From the NCBI GenBank assembly GCA_038897215.1, contig JAWAWX010000001.1, forward strand, positions 800,001 through 864,000: a DNA stretch of 64,000 bases, read 5' to 3'. The notes beneath the pieces were generated by a model, which worked only from the letters and a program-made list of their open reading frames with translations, searched no databases and was not told the origin of the DNA. The position numbers and the translations under genes were made by a program. Source of the DNA: Acidilobaceae archaeon. GTDB lineage: Archaea > Thermoproteota > Thermoprotei_A > Sulfolobales > Acidilobaceae. Shown here piece by piece: positions 37,081 to 47,124 of the stretch (positions within the stretch are counted from its first letter, which is position 1; each line of letters starts with the position of its first letter).

Positions 37081-37138
37081 ACGGGATGACCACTGTAGCC
37101 CGCTCTGAGTGGTGAAGAAGCCTCTGATATGAGACCGT
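37081..37138 (+). ncRNA. Box C/D sRNA, guide to 16S helix 30 region
   Basis: C GGATGA, guide CCACTGTAGCCCGCT (vs 16S GCGGGCUACAAUGG, 1 mismatch), D' CTGA, C' TGAAGA, D ATGA or CTGA; ACGG/CCGT ends. Confidence 0.7.
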
Positions 37139-37166
37139 TGTCTTGCAGAGCGCGGAGCACACTCTA

Positions 37167-39149
37167 TTACACTCTACGCTTAGCTTCTACTACGACTCTC
37201 GTTGGGATTCTGAATCTCGCGTACTCAAGAAATCTGTTACCACCCGTGTAGAACTTTGTTGAGACCTCGTAGACACAGAGTCTTAGAGTATGCGCGAACG
37301 CCGCTATAGTAGCAAGCACTAGCCCTAAAGCGTGCCCTCCGACTAGTATGGGGATGCTTGCTAGCGGAGATACGGACGCTACGGCTAGAGCAGCGTCGTT
37401 GACTAGGTTTGCTAATAGAGAGGAGCCGAAAGCTAGAGCGGCTATCCTCATGAACGATAGAGTCTCTGACACGAGCCCTGAGAGGTCGAAGACCCATAGG
37501 AAGAGCCCTAGAGCCCCGAAGACTGAGACCTTGGAGGCGATCAGCCCTACTAGCCCTGTAACGAAGACCGCATAGACTAGGACCTCTAGCTGACTGTGCG
37601 CGAGCGGTCTCTCGAAGAGCAGAGAGGAGACTACGTGGGGTCCTGCTAGAAGTAAAGCTATCATCGAGGCCGACGATATAATATCTAGAGCTGACCTAAG
37701 CTTCACGAGAGCTCTCACAAGTCCTAGAGCATAGGAGGCTATGAGCCATGCCCAGCCAAAGACGATACTGTAGACTATGAGGTCCGAGATGTCAGCAATC
37801 GGGTCAGCGAGCTTCGGTAGACTCAAACCGAGACTAGCGTAGAGCAGGTCGCCGAAGAAGCTTCCGAAGACAAAGAGTCCGGCTATCGTTGACGATGCTC
37901 CGCATAGAGCCATTACAGGCCTCGCTTTCTCCCCGACATCCACATCGAGCCCCAGCTTTGGAGCAAGCTTGGGGAGTAGCGGTGAGAGAGCTAGAAGGAG
38001 GAGACCGTAGCCCGCGTCTCCCACCATTAAGCCGAAGAAGATAGCGAAAGCGTAGGTCAGGATGGGGGTTGGGTCCCAGTCTTTGGTAGAGGGTGCTCCT
38101 ACGAGTCTAGTGATTGACTCAAATGGCTTGAATATTCTGAGATTCCTCAGCTCGGCTGGAGGGTCCTCCTCAGGCTCGCAGAAGCTGTAGACCGGCAGGT
38201 CTCTCAGAGACCCGCCGAGGTCTGGGCAGAGAGAGCTGGGGACTAGCCCTGACACTATAGCCAGCATTCTAGAGCTTAGAGCATTCTTCAGAAGCGTTGC
38301 TCTCGAAGACTCGGCTTGGAGTATCGCTAGAAGCGAAGCGTAGTCTCTAATGTTTTCTCTCACAACTCTCCTCTTAGTCTCTAAGACCTCCTCCAGCTCT
38401 CTCCTAGCTCTAAGAGCCTCAGCCCTAGCCCACTCAGCTACCTCACCGAGGCTTCTCCGTGGCGCCTCTCTAGCAAGCTCTAGAGTCTTCGCGCCCTCGG
38501 GGAGCTCAAGACTCCTAGCTGTTTTGGTGTAGAAGAGGAGAGATGCTACCGCTTGCTTCTCGAACTCTACGTACGCGAGAACCTCGAGAGCTCTCGAGCT
38601 GACCTCTCTAACAGCACCAGCGTCCCCGTAGAAGACTATGGTGGAATAGACTTCACCCTCGTAGCTTAAAAGCGATGAGTCACCACTCCCTCTCTCCTCC
38701 AGGAGCTTGAGTGAGAGAGCTCTAAGCATCTCGGCTTCGAGGAGTCTCTTCTCTAAAGACTTCGAGGCTTGAGCGAGAGACTCGATCTCGGCTAGAACTC
38801 TCTCCAGCTTTTCTACGAGATTCTCTAGGATGAGTGGAGACTCCTCGGGCGAAATCTCTCCAGCTAGCTCTATCTCGTGTCTGCCCTCGATGTGCTCTGC
38901 TAGCTTAGAAGCCAGGGTTTCAGCTCTCTCCACTAGCCTAACGTAGCTCTCGAGTCTAGCTACGAGAGGCTCCCCTTTCTCCAGTAACTCTCCCTTCTTG
39001 ACCACAGCGACCTCCACTACTCCCCAGCTAAGGAGTCTCGAGACGAGAGCATTGGATAAATCGAGAGGAGCTATGATGTAGAGTCTGGAGGCGAAATCGG
39101 GCTCTGAGACTATCAGAGATAAAGGGCTTAATGGTCGGCTATGAGGCAT
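37167..39149 (-). CDS. atpI: A/V-type ATP synthase subunit I (a)
   Basis: PP..LRN...KPFE, DPTP, FFGLMVGDAGYG, SFMRIAAL (essential Arg), HTLRL..YE..KFY.G. Confidence 0.93.
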   Translation of the reverse strand: MPHSRPLSPLSLIVSEPDFASRLYIIAPLDLSNALVSRLLSWGVVEVAVVKKGELLEKGEPLVARLESYVRLVERAETLASKLAEHIEGRHEIELAGEISPEESPLILENLVEKLERVLAEIESLAQASKSLEKRLLEAEMLRALSLKLLEERGSGDSSLLSYEGEVYSTIVFYGDAGAVREVSSRALEVLAYVEFEKQAVASLLFYTKTARSLELPEGAKTLELAREAPRRSLGEVAEWARAEALRARRELEEVLETKRRVVRENIRDYASLLAILQAESSRATLLKNALSSRMLAIVSGLVPSSLCPDLGGSLRDLPVYSFCEPEEDPPAELRNLRIFKPFESITRLVGAPSTKDWDPTPILTYAFAIFFGLMVGDAGYGLLLLALSPLLPKLAPKLGLDVDVGEKARPVMALCGASSTIAGLFVFGSFFGDLLYASLGLSLPKLADPIADISDLIVYSIVFGWAWLIASYALGLVRALVKLRSALDIISSASMIALLLAGPHVVSSLLFERPLAHSQLEVLVYAVFVTGLVGLIASKVSVFGALGLFLWVFDLSGLVSETLSFMRIAALAFGSSLLANLVNDAALAVASVSPLASIPILVGGHALGLVLATIAAFAHTLRLCVYEVSTKFYTGGNRFLEYARFRIPTRVVVEAKRRV

Positions 39150-39453
39150 TGACTCCCGCCACCAGAGAAGCCAGTTTCCTCACATACTTCTCGATGAGCT
39201 TCGACGCTCTCGACTCCACTTCTCTCGCCACTCTCTCAGAGTCTCTCACTATCTTCTCAGCCTCTTCTCTCGCCCTCATCTCAGCCTCTTCAAGCAGTCT
39301 CTGGATCTCGACCTTGTAGCTCTCGTCAGCAAGAATATCTCTCGCCCTCCTCCTAGCTTCTTCTATCACCTCTCTCGCCCTCCTCTCAGCCTCCTCTAGA
39401 ACTCGCCTGGCTTCAGCCTCAGCTTTAGCAATAACCTCAGCCAAGACCCGCAA
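39139..39453 (-). CDS. atpH: A-type ATP synthase subunit H (G-like stalk)
   Basis: Charged coiled coil AE.EA..I.EEA; directly upstream of subunit I. Confidence 0.75.
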   Translation of the reverse strand: MRVLAEVIAKAEAEARRVLEEAERRAREVIEEARRRARDILADESYKVEIQRLLEEAEMRAREEAEKIVRDSERVAREVESRASKLIEKYVRKLASLVAGVNAS

Positions 39454-39634
39454 CCCCCTCTACAGCCATATACTCTAACCCTATATGCGTAGGAAGCTTC
39501 TCCCAGCCGGTCGCCAGCGTGACCGCTGGACGCTTTGCAGAGAGCTCCTAGTGAGAGGGTTCTCGCTATTCACTGATATCAGGAGAAGCGGCTAACTTAT
39601 AATAGCTTCGCTAAGGCCCCTCAATGAGGGAGGA

Positions 39635-39712
39635 GCCGCGGTAGCTCAGCCCGGCTAGAGCGCCGCCCTGGTAAGGCGGAGGTCCCGGGTTCGAATCCCG
39701 GCCGCGGCTCCA
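39635..39712 (+). tRNA. tRNA-Thr(GGT), CCA encoded
   Basis: GCCGCGGTAGCTCAG..CCGCC-CTGGTAA-GGCGG..GGTTCGAATCC..CCGCGGCTCCA. Confidence 0.96.
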
Positions 39713-39914
39713 TACTCTCGCTGAGCTAGAGGAGGCTGAGCTAGAACTCGCTAACATTAGGATTAGGAGTGGGGAAGCTTCTTCTCCGAGCCGGAGAGCG
39801 GAGAGCCTGGATTGCGGCTACTACTCTATTCTCGTCACTTCACGAGATATTTTATGCACAATGGAAGTATATAAGAGAAGGGGCTCTCTTCTAGGAGTTA
39901 TCTCGGAGAAAGAG

Positions 39915-40403
39915 ATGGTATTAGAGCTAGAGCTAGCTAGAGCTATGGGTACAGCCGGCCTCTTCCTGTGCTTAGGGCTGGCTGCTTTCGGGTCGGCTAT
40001 GGGTATGATGAGAGCGGCGAGAGCCGCTATTGGTGTCCTCTCGGAGGAGCCTAGATACTTCTCTCTAGTATCAGTCCTAGTCTTCCTGCCTATGACTCAG
40101 ACTCTAGTCTACGGCTTCGGCTTCTTCATCCTAGCTAACGATATTCTCGCTAAAAGCGAGAACTTAACCATCCCCCTAGGCGTGGGGGTCGGGAGTCTAG
40201 CAGCACTATTCGTCGGCTTCGCTGAGCTCTCCTCAGCCTACGCTCAGGGCTGTGTGTGCGCCGACGTCATCGCAATGTTGCCGAAAACGAGAGGAGCTAT
40301 ACTGGTTAGAGGCTTGATCCTAGCAGCGTATCTAGAGTTCATAGGTCTGCTAGGTCTAGCGTTGGGCTACATGCTCTTAATGATCTCGGGGCTTGTGAGT
40401 TGA
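39915..40403 (+). CDS. atpK: A-type ATP synthase subunit K (c), two-hairpin V-type proteolipid
   Basis: GSAMG..A, LPMTQTLVYG, SAYAQG, YLEFIG; ATG 39915 after GGAG (ORF track starts 39861). Confidence 0.9.
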   Translation: MVLELELARAMGTAGLFLCLGLAAFGSAMGMMRAARAAIGVLSEEPRYFSLVSVLVFLPMTQTLVYGFGFFILANDILAKSENLTIPLGVGVGSLAALFVGFAELSSAYAQGCVCADVIAMLPKTRGAILVRGLILAAYLEFIGLLGLALGYMLLMISGLVS

Positions 40404-41032
40404 GTGGAGCAGAGCCTGGAGTAGATAGACTGATAGAGCATATAGTGGAGAAAGCGAGAGAGCAGGCGAGAGACATAGTTAGGAAAGCAGAAGATGAAGC
40501 TAGAAGACTCTTAGAGGAGGCTTTAGCGAAGAAGCACGCGCTCGTAGAGGAGGAGAGGAGAAGAGCAGAGATCGAGGCTAGATGGAGGAGAGAAGCCATA
40601 CTCTCAGAGGCTCGTAGAAGAGCCTCGATGCTATTAGTGGCTTCAGCTAGCAGAGTCTTGAACGAGATAGAGGAGAGAGCCTGGAGGCTCTTGGATAACT
40701 TGAGCCCCGAGACTAGGAGGGCTTCTCTACGAGTATTAGCCGCAGAAGCTCTCGCCTTAATCCGAGACCAGAGAGGTCGGCTCGAATCCAAGCATTTGAC
40801 TATGGTTGTCTCAGCTAGAGACTACGATAGCGCTGTAGAGATAGCTAGAGAGCTTGAGCGCGACTACGGGGTCTACATCGAAGTGAGAAAGGGAGGCATC
40901 AAGGGGGGAGTAATATTAGAGGATGAAGCGGAGGGAGTTATCGTAGATAACAGCTACGAGGCTCGCATGGAGAAAGCTAGGAGAACAGTGTATCTCGATG
41001 TGGGGAGAGAGCTACGGCATGAAGTTGTCTAG
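40400..41032 (+). CDS. atpE: A-type ATP synthase subunit E
   Basis: N-terminal coiled coil, GGVIL......VDNSYEAR. Confidence 0.9.
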   Translation: MSGAEPGVDRLIEHIVEKAREQARDIVRKAEDEARRLLEEALAKKHALVEEERRRAEIEARWRREAILSEARRRASMLLVASASRVLNEIEERAWRLLDNLSPETRRASLRVLAAEALALIRDQRGRLESKHLTMVVSARDYDSAVEIARELERDYGVYIEVRKGGIKGGVILEDEAEGVIVDNSYEARMEKARRTVYLDVGRELRHEVV

Positions 41033-41840
41033 AGACGCTGCTAAGGGGTATCTGGCTAGCATTCTGTCCAAGTCTAGCTCTCCCTGGGAGCTCTTGAGCC
41101 TCAAGACTCGAAAAGTAGAAAATCTAGTGTTCCCAGGTCTCGCTATATCTGAGATTCTACAGAAAGGCTATAGAGACCCCGCCCCCGCAATAGTGGCTAC
41201 CTCGTTGAAAAACATAGCTCCAGTCCTGCCCGCGGAGTGCGAGAAGATGGCGCTAGCTCTCTCCTCGATGACTGCTCTCGAGCCTCTAGCGTTAGCGATA
41301 ACCTCAGGCATGAGCTTCCAGGAGGCTACACTCTGGCTGAGAGAGCATGGTGTAGAGTGGAGGTTGCTACTAGAGCTGGTAGAGCCTCCTATCTACGAGA
41401 GGCTCTCTGTCTGTGAGAGCTCTAAATGCCTCTATTTCGCTCTAGCCGATATAGTCGTGGAGACGATTCTGGGATGTGATGAATCCCGGTCGGCTGAGCA
41501 ATTCTCAATCGCTCAGCTCGCTTTAAGGATAGGCGTAGACTCGGCTCTACTTAGCGATAACAAGCGAGCGTATCTAGAGCTTCTTGAGAAACATGGGGTC
41601 GACAGGAGGCTCGTCGAGATAGTCGAGAAAACCGTTGTGAGTTCGAGAGAGAACCCGCTAAAGAGGCTGGAGTTCGAGCTAGAAGCTTGGAGAAGGCTCT
41701 ACGCTGAGTCCGGAGTCTCTCTCTGGGTTTCTCTCGCAGACCTCGTGTCTTTCTACGCTACACTCATTCACTACCTGGGGGTAGCGGCTAGGAGAGTTTT
41801 GCTTGGTGGAGAGCCTTGGCTAGAGAAGCTCAGAGAGTAG
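41019..41840 (+). CDS. atpC: Probable, highly divergent A-type ATP synthase subunit C
   Basis: Helical protein between E and F that overlaps both; assignment is mainly by synteny. Confidence 0.55.
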   Translation: MKLSRDAAKGYLASILSKSSSPWELLSLKTRKVENLVFPGLAISEILQKGYRDPAPAIVATSLKNIAPVLPAECEKMALALSSMTALEPLALAITSGMSFQEATLWLREHGVEWRLLLELVEPPIYERLSVCESSKCLYFALADIVVETILGCDESRSAEQFSIAQLALRIGVDSALLSDNKRAYLELLEKHGVDRRLVEIVEKTVVSSRENPLKRLEFELEAWRRLYAESGVSLWVSLADLVSFYATLIHYLGVAARRVLLGGEPWLEKLRE

Positions 41841-42148
41841 CAGGGATAGCTAGCAGGGGTTTCTCGCTCTTCCTAAAGAATCTGGGTGTTAGAGAGCTCT
41901 GTCTAGCCGAGGACTCTCAAGAAGCTTTCTCTAAGTGCTCGCACATCCTAGACAGAGACGACGTAGCTCTAGTCATAGTCCAGAAGTCTCTCTACTCTAG
42001 AGAGCTCGAGAACAGAGTAGGAGAGCGGAAAGACCTACTAGTAGTCGTGATGCCGGAAAGCCTAGCGGAGCTGAGAGAAGACCCAGCCTTGACATACGAG
42101 GAGTTATTGAGGAAGGTTCTAGGATTTAAGGTGAGGCTAGTCTACTAG
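41816..42148 (+). CDS. atpF: A-type ATP synthase subunit F
   Basis: Small alpha/beta protein, LGV, DVALVIV, VVMP, KVLG; precedes subunit A. Confidence 0.8.
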   Translation: MAREAQRVAGIASRGFSLFLKNLGVRELCLAEDSQEAFSKCSHILDRDDVALVIVQKSLYSRELENRVGERKDLLVVVMPESLAELREDPALTYEELLRKVLGFKVRLVY

Positions 42149-42161
42149 CCTGGGTGCTTTC

Positions 42162-43958
42162 ATGGAGGTAGCGCGACAGCAGAGACAAGCCAAGGTAAGA
42201 AGAGTGCTCGCCTTCAGAGGAGTCTACGGCCCTCTCGTAGTGGTTGAGGGAGAAGGTCTGAGCATGTACGAGATCGTTCTGATAGGAGAAGAGGAGCTCG
42301 TAGGCGAGGTAGTTGCGATTAGAGGAAACAGAGCCTACGTTCAGGTATACGAGGACACGACGGGAATAGGTCCCGGAGATAGAGCGGTCGCGACTGGAGA
42401 GATGCTCTCTGCAGAGCTAGGCCCGGGGCTTCTAGGCTCTATCTACGACGGTCTCCAGCGAAACGAGACAGAGATGTTCAACCTGACGAGAGATATATTT
42501 GTGAAGAGAGGAGTTAAAGTAAAGGCTCTAGATAGGAGCAAGAAGTGGGCGTTCGAGAAGACGAGAGAGCTAAAGATAGGAGATAAGGTGAGCCCAGGAG
42601 ACGTTATAGGCTATGTTCAGGAAGGGAGAGCTATCACTCATAAAGTCATGGTCCCCCCAGGGGTCAGCGGAGAGCTGAAGTGGATAGCTAGCGATGGAGA
42701 CTACGTGGTCGAAGACACTATTGCTCTAGTGGAGTCTGAGAGAGGAGTCTACGAGGTCAAGCTTTACCAGACGTGGCCTGTCAGAATGCCTAGACCCTTT
42801 AAGCAGAGACTAGAGCCTACGGAGCCCCTAGTGACAGGAATAAGAGTGATAGATTACCTCTTCCCTCTAGCTAAAGGAGGCAAGGCCGCTATCCCGGGAG
42901 GCTTCGGCACAGGTAAAACAGTCTTACTGCAGGAGCTCGCTAAGTGGAGCAACGTCGACGTTGTCGTCTTCGTGGGATGTGGTGAGAGAGGCAACGAGAT
43001 GAGTGATGCTCTAACAAGCTTCAAGAAGCTAGTAGACCCGAGAAGAGGCATACCGATGCTAGAGAGGTCTATCTTCATAGCTAACACTAGCAACATGCCA
43101 GTCATAGCTAGAGAAGCCAGCGTTCTCTTGGGCGCCACGCTGGCAGAATACTATAGAGACATGGGCTACGACGTGCTCCTAGTAGCCGACTCTACTAGCA
43201 GGTGGGCTGAAGCAATGAGAGAGATAGCTGGGAGAATGGAGGAGCTTCCGGCTGAAGAAGGCTACCCAGGGTACCTCGCGTCTAGGCTAGCGGAGTTCTA
43301 CGAGAGAGCAGGCAGAGTGGTAGCACTAGGCAAGCCCGAGAGAGTAGGGAGCGTCACCGTGGTCGGAGCAGTGAGCCCGCCCGGAGGAGACTTCAGCGAG
43401 CCCGTTACCAGAGCGACCATGAGGCTAATCCACAGTCTCTATGCTCTCGACTACTGGCTAGCTACCAGGAGGCACTTCCCCGCGATAAACTGGCTCTTGA
43501 GCTACAGTCTCTACGTTCCCTACGTTGGAGAATGGTGGTCTAAGCTCACTGGAGGATCTTGGGCTAGGCATAGAGAGGAGATGCTCAGAGTCCTCCAGAG
43601 AGAGGCAGAGCTCCAGGATGTTGTTAGAGTAGTGGGCCCAGACGCTCTCCCAGAGGAAGACAAACTAGTCTTAGAGATAGCTAGGATGATAAGAGAATCT
43701 TTCCTCCAGCAGAGCGCCTACGACCCTAGCGACGCGTACTCGCCACCAGAGAAGACAGCTCTTCTAGCCAGAGCCGTGATGGAGTTCTACGAGAGGTCTA
43801 GGAGAGCTCTCAGAAGCGGGGTTAGAGTCTCGGAGATCCGCGAGCTCAAGAGCAGAGCCTTTATCGCGAAGCTGAAGTTCTACGCTGGAGACGAGTTCAG
43901 GAAAGCCTACGAGACGCTAGCCGAGACGATGAGAGAGGAGTTCGGTGAAGCGGTATGA
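42162..43958 (+). CDS. atpA: A-type ATP synthase subunit A
   Basis: [43 protein letters not shown]. Confidence 0.97.
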   Translation: MEVARQQRQAKVRRVLAFRGVYGPLVVVEGEGLSMYEIVLIGEEELVGEVVAIRGNRAYVQVYEDTTGIGPGDRAVATGEMLSAELGPGLLGSIYDGLQRNETEMFNLTRDIFVKRGVKVKALDRSKKWAFEKTRELKIGDKVSPGDVIGYVQEGRAITHKVMVPPGVSGELKWIASDGDYVVEDTIALVESERGVYEVKLYQTWPVRMPRPFKQRLEPTEPLVTGIRVIDYLFPLAKGGKAAIPGGFGTGKTVLLQELAKWSNVDVVVFVGCGERGNEMSDALTSFKKLVDPRRGIPMLERSIFIANTSNMPVIAREASVLLGATLAEYYRDMGYDVLLVADSTSRWAEAMREIAGRMEELPAEEGYPGYLASRLAEFYERAGRVVALGKPERVGSVTVVGAVSPPGGDFSEPVTRATMRLIHSLYALDYWLATRRHFPAINWLLSYSLYVPYVGEWWSKLTGGSWARHREEMLRVLQREAELQDVVRVVGPDALPEEDKLVLEIARMIRESFLQQSAYDPSDAYSPPEKTALLARAVMEFYERSRRALRSGVRVSEIRELKSRAFIAKLKFYAGDEFRKAYETLAETMREEFGEAV

Positions 43959-45367
43959 GTCTAGCCACGCTGGCTACTACGAGAGTATTGGGGGCTAAGG
44001 GGTCTCTTCTCCTGGTCAAGACACCAGGCAGGGTTACGTATGGAGAGCTAGCTGAGATAGAGGTAGAGGGCGAGGTCAGGCTAGGCCAGGTTGTCTCCGT
44101 GGACAGAGATGTCACTGTCATCCAGATCCTAGGCTCCTCAGCTGGCATAGGCCCCGGAAGGACTGTAGTCAGGTTCGCTGGAGAGCCTATCCGTGCTCCA
44201 GTCTCGGTAGACATGCTGGGGAGGATAATGGACGGTCTCGGTAGACCAGTAGATGGAGGCCCCTCTATAGTTCCCGAGGACTATGTGGATATCCACGGAG
44301 CCCCCCTAAACCCCGCTGTGAGAGTGCCGCCGAGCGAGCCTATAGAGACGGGGATCTCCGCCATAGACGGGCTCCTGACTCTAGTTAGGGGGCAGAAGCT
44401 CCCGATATTCAGTGGCTCCGGTCTACCTCACAACAAGATCGCCATGCAGATAATCGAGCAGGCATCTGTTAGAGGCTCTCAGGAGAGATTCGCTGTCATA
44501 CTCGGAGCCATCGGGGTAACCCACGAAGACGCATACTTCTTCATGTCGCGATTCGAGAGCATGGGGGCAACTGATAGGACAGCCGTGTTCATAGCTCCGG
44601 CCTCGGCCAAGCCTGTGGAGAAGCTGGCTCTACCTAGAGTAGCTCTGACTCTAGCAGAGCACCTGGCTTGGAGGCATGACATGCACGTTCTGGTCATACT
44701 AACCGATATGACGAACTACTGCGAGGCTCTCAGAGAGCTCAGCATAGCTAGAGAAGAAGTGCCCGGGAGGAGAGGGTATCCTGGCTACATGTACAGCGAC
44801 TTAGCAAGCATATACGAGAGAGCTGGTAGAGCTCAGGGGAAGAGGGGGAGCGTGACGATAATGCCTATGCTCACAATGCCAGACGACGACATAACCCACC
44901 CTATCCCAGACCTGACAGGCTACATAACCGAGGGTCAGATAGTGCTCAGCAGAGACATGTTCAGGAAGAGCATATACCCTCCAGTAGACGTCTTCCTCTC
45001 GCTCTCTAGGCTCATGAAGGACGGGATAGGGCCTGGGAAGACTAGAGAAGACCACAGAGAGGTCTTCTACCAGCTCATGTCTTCGTACGCTGAAGGGCAG
45101 TATCTCAGAGAGATCGTGGCGATAGTGGGAGAGGAGAGTCTGAGTGCTAGAGAGAGGAGGTATCTCGAGTTCGCTGACCTCTTCGAGAGGAGATTCATAA
45201 ACCAGGGGGAGAGGGAGAGGAGGACGTTCGAGGAGACTCTAGACATAGCGTGGGAGGTCCTATCAGTCCTCCCAGAAGAGGACCTCACACAGGTCAGAGA
45301 CGAGACTCTGCAGAAGTACCACCCCAGGAGGCGCGGGAGAGCTGGGAGCAGTGTCTCTCCAGCCTAG
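43955..45367 (+). CDS. atpB: A-type ATP synthase subunit B
   Basis: [43 protein letters not shown]. Confidence 0.97.
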   Translation: MSLATLATTRVLGAKGSLLLVKTPGRVTYGELAEIEVEGEVRLGQVVSVDRDVTVIQILGSSAGIGPGRTVVRFAGEPIRAPVSVDMLGRIMDGLGRPVDGGPSIVPEDYVDIHGAPLNPAVRVPPSEPIETGISAIDGLLTLVRGQKLPIFSGSGLPHNKIAMQIIEQASVRGSQERFAVILGAIGVTHEDAYFFMSRFESMGATDRTAVFIAPASAKPVEKLALPRVALTLAEHLAWRHDMHVLVILTDMTNYCEALRELSIAREEVPGRRGYPGYMYSDLASIYERAGRAQGKRGSVTIMPMLTMPDDDITHPIPDLTGYITEGQIVLSRDMFRKSIYPPVDVFLSLSRLMKDGIGPGKTREDHREVFYQLMSSYAEGQYLREIVAIVGEESLSARERRYLEFADLFERRFINQGERERRTFEETLDIAWEVLSVLPEEDLTQVRDETLQKYHPRRRGRAGSSVSPA

Positions 45368-45983
45368 GCTACCTAGAGCAACCAAGATCGAGCTACTCAG
45401 GCTCAAGAGGAGGCTGAGACTAGCCGAGAAGCTGAGAGACCTTCTCCACGATAGGATGACAGTGCTCCTCCAAGAGCTCTACGCTACAGCTCTTCGAGCA
45501 ACAAGACTCAGGAGGAGGCTCAACGAGCTTCTCCAAGAGGCCTACCCGAGCTTCGCTGAGGCATACTCGACTAGAGGAGAGGCTTGTCTCGAAGCGGCAG
45601 CTATGAGCGCCCCCGAGCCAAAAGTGAGGGTTATGACTAGAAGCTCTATGGGCGTGACGCTCCCCCTTGCGGAGCTCGAGAACGCGGGAGTAGCGCTAGA
45701 AGTCTCTATCGTAGAGCTCTCCAAGCTATACTCGATGAGAGCAGAGATCCTGGAGGTGCTCGTAGAACTCTCTGAGGCGGAGAAGTCTCTGAAGACTCTA
45801 GCTACAGAGATACAGAAGACTAGGAGGAAAGTAGAGGCTCTCGATAAGATCCTAATACCTAGACTCAAGACTCTGATAAGGAGTCTGACGATCAAGTTCG
45901 AGGAGATAGAGAGAGAGGAGAGGGTTAGGTCGATAAAAATCAAGAGGATGCTTGAATCCAAGCATGGAGAGTACTCGCTATGA
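45351..45983 (+). CDS. atpD: A-type ATP synthase subunit D
   Basis: [31 protein letters not shown]. Confidence 0.93.
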   Translation: MSLQPRLPRATKIELLRLKRRLRLAEKLRDLLHDRMTVLLQELYATALRATRLRRRLNELLQEAYPSFAEAYSTRGEACLEAAAMSAPEPKVRVMTRSSMGVTLPLAELENAGVALEVSIVELSKLYSMRAEILEVLVELSEAEKSLKTLATEIQKTRRKVEALDKILIPRLKTLIRSLTIKFEEIEREERVRSIKIKRMLESKHGEYSL

Positions 45984-46450
45984 GCGAGCCAGGAGATATA
46001 GTGGACAAGCTCTTCAAAGCAGAGCTAAGGTATGTGAACAAACACCTTCCCGTAGCGCGCAGAAGCCTAGAGGAGCTCCTCAGCGACCCTCTACCCTGTG
46101 TTCTGCTAAGAGATGGAGGCAAACACTGCTTCAAGAGGAGAGAGCTGGAGAAGCTAGCTGGGCAACTAAGCCCCGAGGATAGGAGGAGACTCTTACTGCC
46201 TATAATCATCCAAGCGAGAAGAGGGGAGAGAGAGCCTCAGTTCGTGGTCGAGGGTCTACTGGAAGCGATAGTAGTTGAGACTCTGCTCGGGCAAAGTCTA
46301 GGAGCTAGAGAGAGAGGCTTCCTAACCCTCTATCCTCTACAAGTGCAAGAACTTCTATCCAGATACCCTACCCTCTTCCAGACCACAGTAGCTCCTCCTG
46401 CCTCGGAGATAGTTGAAGAAGATTTCGGAGAAGTCTCGAGATATGCTTAG
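45980..46450 (+). CDS. DUF61 family protein
   Basis: N.HLP..R.SL.ELL..P...LRDG..H.F...EL, LLLPIII. Confidence 0.8.
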   Translation: MSEPGDIVDKLFKAELRYVNKHLPVARRSLEELLSDPLPCVLLRDGGKHCFKRRELEKLAGQLSPEDRRRLLLPIIIQARRGEREPQFVVEGLLEAIVVETLLGQSLGARERGFLTLYPLQVQELLSRYPTLFQTTVAPPASEIVEEDFGEVSRYA

Positions 46451-47010
46451 AGGAGTTCGAAGAAGCCTCCTGCGCTATGCTGTCTTATCTTCAGCTCGCT
46501 GAGCCTCCTATCGAACTCGCGAACCCACCAGGGGACTCTTAGAGCGCTCCTCTCGACGATCCTAGAGAAAGTGTAGGGCTTTAGGTCTAGCACAGGGGTC
46601 CCGTTGTAGAGGTCGAGCCCCCTTACTCTTATCTCGCTCCTGCCTACTTCGAGTATCTCTACTATCGTTAACGCTATGGGGTTAGGTCTGTGAGGAGAGT
46701 CTGTCGCGAAAACCCCGACCTCAGGTAGCTCTTCGAGCTTGAAGCCGAAAGCAGTAAGCCTCCTAGGCTTCACGGTAAGCGTCCTCCTAGCCTCCGGGGG
46801 GGTTTTGTGCAGGCAGGCTATCACTATGAGGTGGGAGAACTCCTCGAGCCCCCTTAGCCCGCTAGAGTACTCATCGAAGACTACTATGTAGCCTTCTACG
46901 CCGAAGAATGAGGACCTAACCTCTTCATCGCTAGCGTCCGTCTTAACGAAGCCTATAGGCTGGAAGCACTCGCAGCCACGAGTCTCTTCAGCATTGCGAC
47001 ATCTCATCAC
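46447..47010 (-). CDS. trmO: tRNA (t6A37)-N6-methyltransferase TrmO/TsaA family
   Basis: GLEEFSH, GVFATDSPHRPNPI, GLDLYNGTPVLDLKPY. Confidence 0.9.
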   Translation of the reverse strand: MMRCRNAEETRGCECFQPIGFVKTDASDEEVRSSFFGVEGYIVVFDEYSSGLRGLEEFSHLIVIACLHKTPPEARRTLTVKPRRLTAFGFKLEELPEVGVFATDSPHRPNPIALTIVEILEVGRSEIRVRGLDLYNGTPVLDLKPYTFSRIVERSALRVPWWVREFDRRLSELKIRQHSAGGFFELL

Positions 47011-47124
47011 AAGTCAGCACCCTAGGGCTCAACATCGAGTCTTACTCTAAGCTCTCTCCTCCAGTCTCGAGAAAAGCTAGAACAGTTTTTAGCTTAGCTC
47101 TAGCAGATCACACTAGGCTAGCCG

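Noticed and set aside
39720-39744. GCTGAGCTAGA direct repeat after tRNA-Thr
   Set aside because: Only two copies, made of words that are very common in this genome
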